Shown: positions 50,665 through 61,194, numbered from the stretch's first letter. The stretch: 64,000 bases of DNA from Promethearchaeota archaeon (GCA_019894975.1 JAGXNO010000015.1:4645-68644), one strand, 5' to 3'. The notes: a model not told the origin generated them from the sequence alone. A program made the numbers and translations.

Positions 50665-51342
50665 ATGAGTAAAGTAAACGATTATTTTGATAAACTATTT
50701 ACTAAAATACCAGGTTATGTCTTTGGAATATTAACGTTTGTAATCGGTTCCTCTGGTTTTATTATTGCCATTTTATTATCTCCAGAATATGTGATGTGGG
50801 AGAAATCTATAAGTGTGTTAGGACACCACACTGGAGGTATTTTTTCAAGATTAGGATTAATAATTTCGAATACTATCGCAATACCTGCTTTAATCTATTT
50901 AAGCAGATCTCTGAAAGATGAGAATGTAAATGAAAAAGTTAGAAAGATTGCATTAGGAACGGGAATTTTTGTTTCAGTAATCGCAGCATTATCAGGAATC
51001 GTAACAGGTAGTGCTCAGATCATTAAGGATATACATGGCTTTTTTGCTCTTTTGAGTTGGATTGGGGGCATAATTGTTTGCTTATCTTTTGGTTTGTTAA
51101 TGTTAAAAAGTTCAAAATATTCAAAATCCGCAGCAAATTTTAGTTTTGTAATAGCTGGTATTTTTGGTTCTTTTCTTGTACCTTTTTTCATCACAAATTT
51201 TTGTTCTGCTGTTCCAGATATATGTGGTTCCTTTGGAAGGCGAGTATATACAATAATGCCTATTTATGAGTGGATTGTGATGTTTTCCATTCTTAGCTGG
51301 TACCTATTTAATTCAATTTATACTCTAAAGAACAAGTTGTGA
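50665..51342 (+). CDS. DUF998-like membrane protein, paralog 2
   Basis: ISVLG, IHG.FA..SW, YEW. Confidence 0.72.
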   Translation: MSKVNDYFDKLFTKIPGYVFGILTFVIGSSGFIIAILLSPEYVMWEKSISVLGHHTGGIFSRLGLIISNTIAIPALIYLSRSLKDENVNEKVRKIALGTGIFVSVIAALSGIVTGSAQIIKDIHGFFALLSWIGGIIVCLSFGLLMLKSSKYSKSAANFSFVIAGIFGSFLVPFFITNFCSAVPDICGSFGRRVYTIMPIYEWIVMFSILSWYLFNSIYTLKNKL

Positions 51343-51378
51343 GAACCATAAGCATAAAATAATAATAGGGATGATTCT

Positions 51379-52053
51379 ATGGAAATTAATTATTATGAAA
51401 AGAGTATTAAGATTAACGAGAAAGATGCATTAATAATCGTCGATATGCAAAATGATTTTATACCAGGAGGATCATTACCTGTGGCGGAAGGAGATCTTAT
51501 TATAGAGGAAATAAATACTACAGCTAAGAAATTCAAAAATAGTGGAGGGATTGTAGTTTTAACTCAAGATTGGCATCCAAAAAATCATCTATCCTTTGCT
51601 AGTAATCATCCAGGAAAGAGTTCAGATGATGAGTATACATCAGATAATGGGGCAATCGGTCCGGTATTATGGCCTGATCACTGTGTTCAGAATTCTCAAG
51701 GTGCTAAGTTTCATAAGGATTTAAAAGTTGAATTAGCAAGTAACATTATTCAAAAAGGAATGAATCCTAATTTAGATAGTTATTCTGGTTTTCAAGATAA
51801 TGATAAGAAATCTGAAACAGGACTTAGAAGATATTTAGAATCATTAACTATTAAACGAATTTTTATATGTGGGTTAGCCTTAGATTACTGTTGTTATTTT
51901 ACTGCTATGGATGGAATCGATTTTGGGTTTAATGTTTATTTTTTGGTTAGGTTGACAAGGGGTATTGATTTACCGGAAGGGAATATAAAAAACGCGTTGG
52001 AAAACATGGATAAGAAGGGAATAAAAATAGTTAAGAAAGCTGATTTCAAGTAA
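51379..52053 (+). CDS. pncA: Nicotinamidase/pyrazinamidase
   Basis: VDMQNDF.PGGSL, TQDWHP..H.SF, WPDHCVQ, DSYSGF, GLALDYC. Confidence 0.93.
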   Translation: MEINYYEKSIKINEKDALIIVDMQNDFIPGGSLPVAEGDLIIEEINTTAKKFKNSGGIVVLTQDWHPKNHLSFASNHPGKSSDDEYTSDNGAIGPVLWPDHCVQNSQGAKFHKDLKVELASNIIQKGMNPNLDSYSGFQDNDKKSETGLRRYLESLTIKRIFICGLALDYCCYFTAMDGIDFGFNVYFLVRLTRGIDLPEGNIKNALENMDKKGIKIVKKADFK

Positions 52054-52093
52054 ATAATAAAGATTTTTTTATATCATACATTTAATTCTAATA

Positions 52094-52570
52094 ATGACAA
52101 GTAAATTCCCCTATAAGTCAATTTTAATCGTTTGCAGTGTTAACACAGCACGTAGTCCTATGGCAGAAGGTTTTTTAAAAGATTTCTTCTCGAAAAATAA
52201 TCTTGATATAGAAGTGAAATCAGGAGGAATTTCTTCTCATGCAAGAGATGGCATGCTCATCTCTATGGATTCAAAATTAGCAATGAAAGAAATTGGTATA
52301 ATTCTCTCTGATACATCCATGTCAGTTGATTTAAAGAAACATACCCACTTGATTGAAAAAGCAGATTTAATTTTAACCCTAACGGATAAACATAGGAAAG
52401 AAATTAATAATTTCCTCAAAACAAATAACAAAAAGATATGTACAATTAAGGAGTTTGGTGGAAGAAAGGGAGATATTGAAGATCCTAGTATGAAAGAAGA
52501 ACTTTTTAGTAAAGTTAGAGATGAAATTATAGATAATTTAACAGAAGGTTTAAACAAATACTCTTTTTAG
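52094..52570 (+). CDS. Low-molecular-weight protein tyrosine/arginine phosphatase family
   Basis: VCSVNTARSPMAE (CX5R) and DIEDP. Confidence 0.88.
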   Translation: MTSKFPYKSILIVCSVNTARSPMAEGFLKDFFSKNNLDIEVKSGGISSHARDGMLISMDSKLAMKEIGIILSDTSMSVDLKKHTHLIEKADLILTLTDKHRKEINNFLKTNNKKICTIKEFGGRKGDIEDPSMKEELFSKVRDEIIDNLTEGLNKYSF

Positions 52571-52573
52571 ATC

Positions 52574-53419
52574 ATGATTGAATATATCATAATTGCTATA
52601 CTTCAAGGTATTTTTGAATGGCTTCCTATCTCAAGTTCAGGACAAACTATGATTATTTCTACCAATTTATTCGGAATTTCTCCTGAGAATGCTTTTAGTC
52701 TCGCTATTTGGTTACATTTTGGTACGATGTTTGCAGTCTTAATAAAGTTTAGAGGAGATTTCTTTGGGATAATAAAAAGTTTAATACATAAAGGCACTAC
52801 TATAGAAGAAATTGACATCAAAAAGAGGAATTGGTTAATTTTTGCTACGATTGGAACCGGGGTAACAGCTTTACCTCTTTACTTCATTTTTAAAATAGTA
52901 TTTCTTGATGTCTTTTCGGCTAAACAAGGAGATATAATAACCCTTTTCATTTCAGGCTTATTAATCCTTACAGGGATAATAATAATTAAAACAAGAAAAG
53001 TATATGGTAATTCTAAAATAATTACTACATCTAAAAAGAAGATACAAAAAGATAGCACCTTATCAGGTCTTATCCAAGGCATATCGATATTGCCAGGCGT
53101 CTCTCGCTCTGGAGTTACAGTTTCAACTATTTTACTTGAGAAATATGAACAAAAAGATGCACTTAGATTGAGTTTTTTGATGTCTGTTCCTGTTGTTATC
53201 GCTTCAATTATTGTGGATATAATATTTGGTGAAGGTTCAATTTTTGGGACATTAGACTTAATTACCATTATAATAACTACGTTAATTAGTTTTATTATCG
53301 GATATGCTACAATTGAATTATTACTAAAATTAGCTAGTAAAATTAACTTTGGTTATTTCTGCATTGTATATGGCGTAATTGCTTACGCGGTTATTATTCC
53401 TTTTATGATAATTCCTTAA
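52574..53419 (+). CDS. uppP: Undecaprenyl(polyprenyl)-diphosphate phosphatase
   Basis: QGIFEWLPISSSG, LHFGT, LPGVSRSG.T, SFLMSVP. Confidence 0.92.
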   Translation: MIEYIIIAILQGIFEWLPISSSGQTMIISTNLFGISPENAFSLAIWLHFGTMFAVLIKFRGDFFGIIKSLIHKGTTIEEIDIKKRNWLIFATIGTGVTALPLYFIFKIVFLDVFSAKQGDIITLFISGLLILTGIIIIKTRKVYGNSKIITTSKKKIQKDSTLSGLIQGISILPGVSRSGVTVSTILLEKYEQKDALRLSFLMSVPVVIASIIVDIIFGEGSIFGTLDLITIIITTLISFIIGYATIELLLKLASKINFGYFCIVYGVIAYAVIIPFMIIP

Positions 53420-54312
53420 AGAGTTAAAATGTGACCTTTAATAAATTCACTTAAGACATTCTCTATTTTAGGTATTCCTTTAAAACTTGGAAAATCATTC
53501 AAATCAATTAAGTATAATTCTTTTTGATTCAGAGGTTTAACTAAGTCAAAACCAAAAATTCTGAGATTTAACTCTTTTGATAATATTTGTGATAATTGTA
53601 CAATATCTTCTGTAATTTCAAATTCTTCTCGTTCGAGCTGGCTAACATCGATGTTTTCTGGTTTTTCCCTTAAATAAATGTAAATTGGATTTTCTCTTTT
53701 AATACCGTAAACCTTGTCTCCAATTACATAAACTTTCCGTTCAAAACCATCGCATGGAATGAATTCTTGGATATATACATCATAGTATAAGAATTGTTTA
53801 TACATTTTACAAAATTTGTCAACTTCCTCAATATTTTGAACTAGAAAATTAAACCGATTGTATTTATCATGTTGGTAATGACTTTTAATAACAATAGGTA
53901 ATTTTGATAAAGCCCATTCTTTAAATTTGGTTACATCCGATAAAGTCTGGTTCCATGAGTTAGGCATTAAGAAGTTCTGTAATTTTTGTTTATGATCTGC
54001 TAGTGCTTTCCTTAATGCATAATCAAGAGCAATTTTATTCTTACATAACAAAACAGTATCCACATTATGGAGTGTTGGGATGTTATAAAGCTTAGCAAAA
54101 TGTAATAAATCTATTGAACATTCGTTTCTAACCTTTAATATTATCATATCTACTTTTTTGAAGGATGTTGGCATATCTGCAAGACTAAAAAACTCATTTT
54201 GAGGATCATGGAGGATTATCTCGAAATCTTCAATTTGTTTTAAATTAGTAATAAGTTGTGAAATTACTTCATGATCTTGTCGTGCTGAGAAAATAATTTT
54301 TCTTTTTGTCAT
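53416..54312 (-). CDS. ATP-grasp inositol phosphate kinase (ITPK1-like)
   Basis: IQEFI..DG..RKVYVIGD, IFGFDLV, YLIDLNDFPSF; adjacent to ino1. Confidence 0.8.
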   Translation of the reverse strand: MTKRKIIFSARQDHEVISQLITNLKQIEDFEIILHDPQNEFFSLADMPTSFKKVDMIILKVRNECSIDLLHFAKLYNIPTLHNVDTVLLCKNKIALDYALRKALADHKQKLQNFLMPNSWNQTLSDVTKFKEWALSKLPIVIKSHYQHDKYNRFNFLVQNIEEVDKFCKMYKQFLYYDVYIQEFIPCDGFERKVYVIGDKVYGIKRENPIYIYLREKPENIDVSQLEREEFEITEDIVQLSQILSKELNLRIFGFDLVKPLNQKELYLIDLNDFPSFKGIPKIENVLSEFIKGHILTL

Positions 54313-54553
54313 AGTAATCAGTTTAATTATTACTGAATATACTTAAGTTTATTCTTTTAACCGCTTTCTTATCCTAGATAGTTATTGATTTTAAAATATT
54401 CCTACTCCTTTTCACATAAAACCTTTTTTTTAAAGTATTGAATAGTTAAATATTAAAAAATTTAATAATATTAATCAATCTTTTTAATTAGTTAACGGAT
54501 CTATTCATTATTTCAAAATAATTTAAATATTATAATTTTATATTGAAAATATC

Positions 54554-55645
54554 ATGGGGAATAAAATTAATTGTGCGATCATAGGAGTAGGAGACGTAGC
54601 AAGCGCATTAGTTCAAGGGGTAGAAAATTATAAAAAAAATCCCGACAAAATAATAGGGATCTTACCAGAAATTACCCAATATAGCATACATGATATAAAT
54701 TTTGTTTTAGGAATTGATGTAAATTCAAATAAAGTTGGTAAAGATTTAAGTGAGGCAATTTTTGCTGAACCTAATTGTAATATGAGACTTTTTAATCCAA
54801 GTAAATTGAATGCTCCTGTAATCAAGGGACCTATAATGGATGGATTAGATAGTAACATTAAGAATATTATACCTGTTGAAGAAACTCAAAAACCAGCAGA
54901 TATAATGAAAGAATTAAAAGATAGAAATGTGGATGTTACAATTATTTTACTCCCCACTGGGGCGCATAACGCTGTTAAATTTCATGTTATGAATGCAATC
55001 GAAGCAAGTTCATGTGTAGTAAATGGAATGCCTTCTCCCGTTGTTCATGATTCAGAAATTGTAAAAAAGGCTGAAGATCAAAAAATATCACTAATCGGAG
55101 ATGATGTTAAATCTCAGATAGGTGCAACTATAATCCATAGAGCTTTGACTAATCTTTTTCCAATGAGAGGGGCAATCTTGGACAGAACAATCCAATTAGA
55201 TTGGGGTGGATGTAGCGATTTTTGTAATTTACTAAGTCCTATGCCTAATGGGGAACTAAGATATGAACAAGGTAAGAGAAAGTCAAAAACCGAGTCAGTC
55301 ATAGCTAACCTTCCAAATAAGGATGAAGTTCAGTGCCAAATTTCTGCTGTGGATTATATCCCATTTTTAAAAAACCAAAAAGAAGCTTATATGAGATTGG
55401 AAGGTAGAATATTTGGAGGAGCTCCTGTGAGAGTTGACATTACTATGTTTGTGGAAGATGGTAATAATTCAGCTGGAATTATAGCTGATTGTATTAGGGT
55501 TAGTAAAATTGCAAAAGATAGAAAGATTGGAGGTGTGCTTCATTCAGCTAGCTCCTTCTTTACTAAACATCCTCCTAAACAATTAGAAGACTATATTGCT
55601 AAAAAAGAACTTGTAGAATTCATTAAAGGAAATAGGAATAATTAA
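54554..55645 (+). CDS. ino1: myo-inositol-1-phosphate synthase
   Basis: IIGVGDVASALVQG, KVGKDLSEAI, GDDVKSQIGAT..HR, GG.SDF.N, K..SKT, VED..NSAG, FTKHPP. Confidence 0.93.
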   Translation: MGNKINCAIIGVGDVASALVQGVENYKKNPDKIIGILPEITQYSIHDINFVLGIDVNSNKVGKDLSEAIFAEPNCNMRLFNPSKLNAPVIKGPIMDGLDSNIKNIIPVEETQKPADIMKELKDRNVDVTIILLPTGAHNAVKFHVMNAIEASSCVVNGMPSPVVHDSEIVKKAEDQKISLIGDDVKSQIGATIIHRALTNLFPMRGAILDRTIQLDWGGCSDFCNLLSPMPNGELRYEQGKRKSKTESVIANLPNKDEVQCQISAVDYIPFLKNQKEAYMRLEGRIFGGAPVRVDITMFVEDGNNSAGIIADCIRVSKIAKDRKIGGVLHSASSFFTKHPPKQLEDYIAKKELVEFIKGNRNN

Positions 55646-55663
55646 TTTTAAGTATAAAATCAC

Positions 55664-56578
55664 TCAACCATGTACCTTGACAGATGCTTTATACGTTTGT
55701 CCTCTTACAAAGAGGATGTTATAGATGTAATCTGAAATTAAACTTACAGCTTCTGGAATACTTCTAAAACTTGGAAAATCATTAACATCAACGATATAAC
55801 GGATTCCATCATTAGTAATAATGTAATCAATGCCAAAAATAGCCATACCTAATTTTCTACCTAGACGTAACACTCTTCTTTTAAACTGTTTCTCAACTGG
55901 GGCTCTCATATGAATAAGGTCAAGTGGAGATAAATCATTTCTTTCTTGTAATCGATTGTGAGAAGTTATAGAGCCAACCCAACGATCAATGACATATATT
56001 TTATAAACTAAATCAAACTCACCTATATATTCTTGGAAAAATAGATTGCTATTCTTGAATTCCGCAGTTAGTTTTTCAAATTGGTCCAGATTTTCTGCAA
56101 TTCCAAGAATCCTATCATTTTTGGGAAGAGAGGGGACATTATGTGTGTCTATTTTAATAATAATGTTCTTACCATTTTTACATGCTTCATAAGCTTCATT
56201 AAAAGTAGGATAAATTTGAGGTGTGTACAGTTTTTTACATTTCTGATTAATAAACTGAATAGTATTCTTTCTACTTTCACAAATTTTAACAGAGTTTAAA
56301 CTGTTTAGCACAGGGATATTTGGTGCATATAAATTTAGAGCATCGTAGATAATTTGATTTGATGCTTCAGAGTATAATTTCACAATAATTAAAGAAATTG
56401 GATACTTCTTTAATCTTTTTTTGAAATATTTTACATTGAATTTATCTGAGCCACTTTTAAAAAGGTTTACAATAGATATATTATAGTTTTTACTACAGAA
56501 TTTCTTGATCTCCTGAAAAATCTCAAGGTCACGATTACAAATAGCACCAACATAAATTCTATAGAGCTTATTTGACAT
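55664..56578 (-). CDS. ATP-grasp inositol phosphate kinase (ITPK1-like)
   Basis: FQEYI...VYKIYVID, IFGIDYI, YIVDVNDFPSF. Confidence 0.8.
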   Translation of the reverse strand: MSNKLYRIYVGAICNRDLEIFQEIKKFCSKNYNISIVNLFKSGSDKFNVKYFKKRLKKYPISLIIVKLYSEASNQIIYDALNLYAPNIPVLNSLNSVKICESRKNTIQFINQKCKKLYTPQIYPTFNEAYEACKNGKNIIIKIDTHNVPSLPKNDRILGIAENLDQFEKLTAEFKNSNLFFQEYIGEFDLVYKIYVIDRWVGSITSHNRLQERNDLSPLDLIHMRAPVEKQFKRRVLRLGRKLGMAIFGIDYIITNDGIRYIVDVNDFPSFRSIPEAVSLISDYIYNILFVRGQTYKASVKVHG

Positions 56579-56826
56579 AGTAAAAACCCTATTATTTTGT
56601 TAAAATATGAATAAATTATGATATATAAATATATTGATTGATTAATTGAGATTTAGGTGATGATTTTAAGAAAATCATTTTTATGTTTCTCATAGATTAG
56701 ATTTATATTTCAGTTCTATATTAAATAATTGTTAATTTGATAAGAATTGGATTTAAATTGAGTAATTTTTAATAATTTAATAAAACACAGATAAATTTCT
56801 TATATAAACCTTCTAGGGTAAATTTT

Positions 56827-57642
56827 GTGAAAAAAATAGGTATAATTATTGATAGATATCATCTAGAACATAAAGTTTCTGAATTTTTAGAATACCTAAA
56901 AACTAAAGCGGAAGTAAAAATGTATGTTGAAGAAACTTTTCTCTTAGATAGTTCTAAATTGAAATTTGATGAAGACATATTTTTTGTTAAAGGGAAAGGA
57001 GATTTGATATTAGCCCTTATAAAATTAATAGCTGAACAAACTGACATTCCTGTTATTAATTCATATAAGGGAACTTGGTTAGCAATTAATAGATTTTTGA
57101 ATAGTGTAGTCCTGAAAAAGGCGGGTATACCTATTCCAGATTTTTCATTAAACCCTAAAGGAATTATACCGCCCTTTAAAGACTATATAATAAAAAATAT
57201 AATCGATCAAAAAAATTATAAGTTTACACCAATTGTACATAAAGAAAATGGGCAATTAAAAGTAGTGGATGAAAGAGCGTTAAATGAAGTTGATAAAACG
57301 GGCCCCAAATATAACTACCTCTATTATCAAAAATTTATAAGAAGCAAATGGGAATATAAAATCTATGGAATTGGCGATCAAGTTTTCTTTAACAGACAAT
57401 TGCCAATTTTAGTAAATCCTAATAAGTTGGAATCAAGATGTGAAATAGAAAAGATTCCTGAATTAGAAGAATATTGCTACAAAGCAATGGAAATTATGGA
57501 TTTAAAATTGACTTCACTTGATTTTCTAAAATCAAAAGATCAATTCTACCTAACCGATATAAACTGTACACCTAATTTTAATTATCTTAAAAATGGTCCC
57601 AAAATCGTTGCAGATTATTTATTAGAACTAGCAAAAAGATAA
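56827..57642 (+). CDS. ATP-grasp protein (ITPK1/RimK-like)
   Basis: YQKFI...EYKIYGIGD, SLDFL, YLTDINCTPNF. Confidence 0.72.
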   Translation: MKKIGIIIDRYHLEHKVSEFLEYLKTKAEVKMYVEETFLLDSSKLKFDEDIFFVKGKGDLILALIKLIAEQTDIPVINSYKGTWLAINRFLNSVVLKKAGIPIPDFSLNPKGIIPPFKDYIIKNIIDQKNYKFTPIVHKENGQLKVVDERALNEVDKTGPKYNYLYYQKFIRSKWEYKIYGIGDQVFFNRQLPILVNPNKLESRCEIEKIPELEEYCYKAMEIMDLKLTSLDFLKSKDQFYLTDINCTPNFNYLKNGPKIVADYLLELAKR

Positions 57643-57656
57643 CAAAGTGATGAAAA

Positions 57657-58454
57657 ATGAAGATTGGCATCCTCTCAAAAAGAAAAACTATGATGGCTGG
57701 CAAATTGAAATCATGTTTAGAGAATAAAGGATTTACTGTTTCAATTTACACATTAGAAAACTTAGTTATTGATGATTCACTTTTAAATCACGATTTTTTT
57801 ATACTTAAGTCGAAAAGCTTATTTTTTCTGTATGCGGGATATTTCTTAGAAGCAAATAATATTCCGGTAGTTCCCAAACCAGATGATTCTTTCATTCAAA
57901 AAAATCGAATACAGTCACATTTTTTAATTAAAAAATTAGGGCTGTTATGTCCTGAGATCTATTTAGGAACACCAGATTCATTCAAAAACAATTTAAAGGA
58001 GTTTCCTTATATTTTAAAACCAATCATGGGATCAGGGAGTAGGGGAGTCCGGATAATTAAATCAAATGAAGACTTATTAATAAAAGATAAGGGCATTCTA
58101 TATATGGAAAAATTTATCTATGGTCTTCATTATAATGTTTACTTTATAGGAAATGATATATGTACACTAATTAAACCTCCTTTATCACACGAACACGTAG
58201 ACATGAAGAAAATCAAAACTCCTAACGATATTAAGAGTTTAATTGAAACATGGAAAGGTTATTTTAAAGGTGATCTCTTATTTGGGCATTTGGATATTGT
58301 AAGAGAAGAGTATAGTAATAAGTTATATGTTGTAGATCCTGGTTCCTTCCCTGAATTTACAAACTGGAAGTGTGATGGATCACCACCTGAAAAAATCTGT
58401 AATATTATACTTGAGTATGTTAAAAAATTGAAATCCACAATAAATAATATTTAA
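57657..58454 (+). CDS. ATP-grasp protein (ITPK1/RimK-like)
   Basis: FPYILKPIMGSGSRGV, MEKFI, FGHLDIV, YVVDPGSFPEF. Confidence 0.72.
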   Translation: MKIGILSKRKTMMAGKLKSCLENKGFTVSIYTLENLVIDDSLLNHDFFILKSKSLFFLYAGYFLEANNIPVVPKPDDSFIQKNRIQSHFLIKKLGLLCPEIYLGTPDSFKNNLKEFPYILKPIMGSGSRGVRIIKSNEDLLIKDKGILYMEKFIYGLHYNVYFIGNDICTLIKPPLSHEHVDMKKIKTPNDIKSLIETWKGYFKGDLLFGHLDIVREEYSNKLYVVDPGSFPEFTNWKCDGSPPEKICNIILEYVKKLKSTINNI

Positions 58455-58482
58455 TGTATATTAAGAAGAAATACTAGATAAA

Positions 58483-59451
58483 ATGAGCTCTCAAAAAGAT
58501 ATAGAAAAATCAAAGATTTATGGAGAGAAACAAAAGGTTAGATTATATAATCTCAAGCATTTTATATTTGATTTTGGTGGAGTCTTAATAGAAAAGACTT
58601 TTGTACTGAAAAATTTATTTGATATGCTTGAAGCAGATTTAAATTTTACAATTCCACGGTTCGAAAACTCTTTTATTAGAAAAATTAAACGTAGTTTAAG
58701 TTCGGGAAGAATCTCTTCTCATGAATTTTTAGAAAAAATATTTGAAAAATATTATTATCCATTTCAAAAGACCAATGGAGCGTTACCACCTAAAAAAGTA
58801 AATGTGGAATATTATGTAGAACTGTGGTTCGATTTATATTCTCAAGTTACTACTTTTTCATTAGTTATGGCCGAGATAATCGAACGGTTACATCAAGCAG
58901 GATATACTGTGAGTTTATTATCAAATACTCATGATATTCATGCCAAATCAAATATGTTGAAAGGATTTTATGATAATTTTGATAACGTATTTCTCTCAAA
59001 TGAAATTGGATTAATTAAACCTGATATGGAGAAGTACAAGTATGTTATCAAGAAATTAGATACATCCCCAAAGAAATGTGTATTTATTGATGACAAAATT
59101 CTAAATTTAGTCCCTGCTAGAGAATTAGGGATGATAGTTATTAGATTTGAATCATTTGAGAGATTTAAGAAAACTTTAAATGAATTAGGAATAGGAAATA
59201 TCAATAAAAATCTTCGACATGATATAAAGGAAAAATATAAAAAATACAAAAAGAGTAAGAAAAAATATAAAAAGGTAAAAAAAGAATATAAAAAAGCTAA
59301 GAAGGAGTACTTGAAAAAGAAAGGAAAATCTCTTAAAAGAAAATTAGCATTTCAGCGTAAAAGGGTTCAATATAAAAAGGTAAAATCTGAGTATAAAAGA
59401 GAACGTGAAATAAAAAAGGACGAACTCATGTCAAACATTAAGGTCTCCTAA
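58483..59451 (+). CDS. HAD-family phosphatase with long Lys-rich C-terminal tail
   Basis: IFDFGGVL, LLSNT, KPD, FIDD; tail KEKYKKYKKSKKKYKKVKKEYKKAKKEYLKKK. Confidence 0.85.
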   Translation: MSSQKDIEKSKIYGEKQKVRLYNLKHFIFDFGGVLIEKTFVLKNLFDMLEADLNFTIPRFENSFIRKIKRSLSSGRISSHEFLEKIFEKYYYPFQKTNGALPPKKVNVEYYVELWFDLYSQVTTFSLVMAEIIERLHQAGYTVSLLSNTHDIHAKSNMLKGFYDNFDNVFLSNEIGLIKPDMEKYKYVIKKLDTSPKKCVFIDDKILNLVPARELGMIVIRFESFERFKKTLNELGIGNINKNLRHDIKEKYKKYKKSKKKYKKVKKEYKKAKKEYLKKKGKSLKRKLAFQRKRVQYKKVKSEYKREREIKKDELMSNIKVS

Positions 59452-59465
59452 AAAGTCTCATTACC

Positions 59466-60572
59466 CTAATTTTTTTCTTCTTGTTCCTTTTCCTTATTAA
59501 AGTCTTCGACTTTTTGCATTACAGACTCAGATGGAGTAGTAGGTATTGGTAATTTTTCATATACCTCAATAAATTTTACATCATCAATATCTTCAGCCAT
59601 ATGAGTTTGTAAATCCATAGCTAGCCCGAATTTAACATATGTTAAGTTTTGGAAAAGAAACATCTTTGGAATAGTAATCTCAAGAGTCTTACTCTTAGGG
59701 GTATAGCTGATTTGAAAATCTGAAACATTTTCAGCAGGAATACCTTTAGTGATCATAAAATATTCTACTTTTTCATTGAAATCTTCGATTTTATCAATTA
59801 CCTCTATATTATAATCGATATTTTGTCCAGCTAAAGGGTGATTATAATCAATAATAACTCTTCCTTGCACCACATTTGTTACTGTTCCTCTTTGAACTTG
59901 ACCTTGAGATTGCTTAGCAAATTCTTTCCCAATTTCGGGATTCTTACCCTCATTCATTCTTCTAAATTTGGCTATACCAATTCTTTCGATTTTTTGAGGA
60001 TCTCGTTTACCATATGCTTTAGTAGATGGAATTCTTACAGATTTTTTCTCAAAAAAGTTTAAATCTTTTATTACTTCTGTAAGTCCTTCGTTTAAAAATC
60101 CCGGTTTACCTACAATTACAAATTCAGGTGTATACATTCCTTGTTGTGCCCTGTTTTCATCATAAATCCCAGCTTTTTTAGCATCCTCTTCGGACGAAAC
60201 CCTAAAAATTGTGCCCTTTTGAGTGCGTCCTGTTATTTTAACTAGCACAAAATCACCCTCTTCAGCTTTTTTACCTTGCAATTTAGACTTCTTTTCCTCT
60301 AACTTCTTAAGTTCTTCTTGTGCTTTTTCTACCTCTTCTTTTTCAGCTATTTCTTCTGTTAATGTTTCTGAAGATTCATCCTTTATAGAACTAGTTAATA
60401 GGGTTTTTGCGCTTTCAATAAATTTTTCAGCACTTGCTTTCCCAATACCTTTAAGGGAAACAAGATCGTCAACATTAGCATCCGCTAGTTTTTCAACAGA
60501 ATCTATCCCTGCTTCCTTTAGTGTATCTTCTTTCTTGCCTAAACCTTTTACGTCACTTAGATTATAACTCAT
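59466..60572 (-). CDS. Long-type archaeal FKBP PPIase with N-terminal helix-hairpin-helix domain
   Basis: VKGLG..L.EAGI.SVE.LA..LKGIG; GDFVLV, KAYGKRDP, IDYNHPLAG. Confidence 0.88.
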   Translation of the reverse strand: MSYNLSDVKGLGKKEDTLKEAGIDSVEKLADANVDDLVSLKGIGKASAEKFIESAKTLLTSSIKDESSETLTEEIAEKEEVEKAQEELKKLEEKKSKLQGKKAEEGDFVLVKITGRTQKGTIFRVSSEEDAKKAGIYDENRAQQGMYTPEFVIVGKPGFLNEGLTEVIKDLNFFEKKSVRIPSTKAYGKRDPQKIERIGIAKFRRMNEGKNPEIGKEFAKQSQGQVQRGTVTNVVQGRVIIDYNHPLAGQNIDYNIEVIDKIEDFNEKVEYFMITKGIPAENVSDFQISYTPKSKTLEITIPKMFLFQNLTYVKFGLAMDLQTHMAEDIDDVKFIEVYEKLPIPTTPSESVMQKVEDFNKEKEQEEKN

Positions 60573-60673
60573 ATTGAACCCCTTATATTAAAATTAAAAG
60601 ATTTGGAATAAAGAGTTAGGTTATTAAATATTTAATTACTTTTAGATTTTTCTAATTTCAATGTACTCATATT

Positions 60674-61066
60674 TTATGACTTTTTTTGGACACCTGAATA
60701 GGCTAAAAATAACCACCCAAAAACAAAAGCGAATCCTCCAATTGGAGCAATCCCACCAATCCATTCTAAGCCGGTAAATACAATTAAATAGAGACTACCA
60801 CTAAATGTCAATATCCCTACTACAAAACACCATCCTGAAATATTTACAACTTTTTCATTGGATTGAGAAGATAATAATGAAACAAGAATTAACGCAAACG
60901 AATGGTACATCTGATATCTAACAGCCTTCGTGAATGTTACATAAGTACTATCACTAACTACACCATCAAGAAAATGAGCTCCAAAAGCACCGGTACTGAC
61001 TGCTATTGCTGCACTTAGAGCCCCTAAAATTAGCCAAAAACTTTTTCTATCCATTTTCATTATCAC
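60674..61066 (-). CDS. DUF423 family membrane protein
   Basis: GAFGAH, YQMYH, FSGSLY, APIGG. Confidence 0.9.
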   Translation of the reverse strand: MIMKMDRKSFWLILGALSAAIAVSTGAFGAHFLDGVVSDSTYVTFTKAVRYQMYHSFALILVSLLSSQSNEKVVNISGWCFVVGILTFSGSLYLIVFTGLEWIGGIAPIGGFAFVFGWLFLAYSGVQKKS

Positions 61067-61194
61067 AATTTAACTATTATAAGTTGCTGACAACTTCTTC
61101 TTAAAAATTTTTAGCTCCTAATTAATTTTATTACTATTATCTAAAATAATGATAAAGCAAGATAATTATTACACTAAGTCATGAGTTTTAATAA

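Noticed and set aside
59220-59420. A-rich quasi-repeats as a tandem repeat or CRISPR-like array
   Set aside because: Explained by Lys-rich coding sequence; there is no repeat-spacer structure anywhere in the window.
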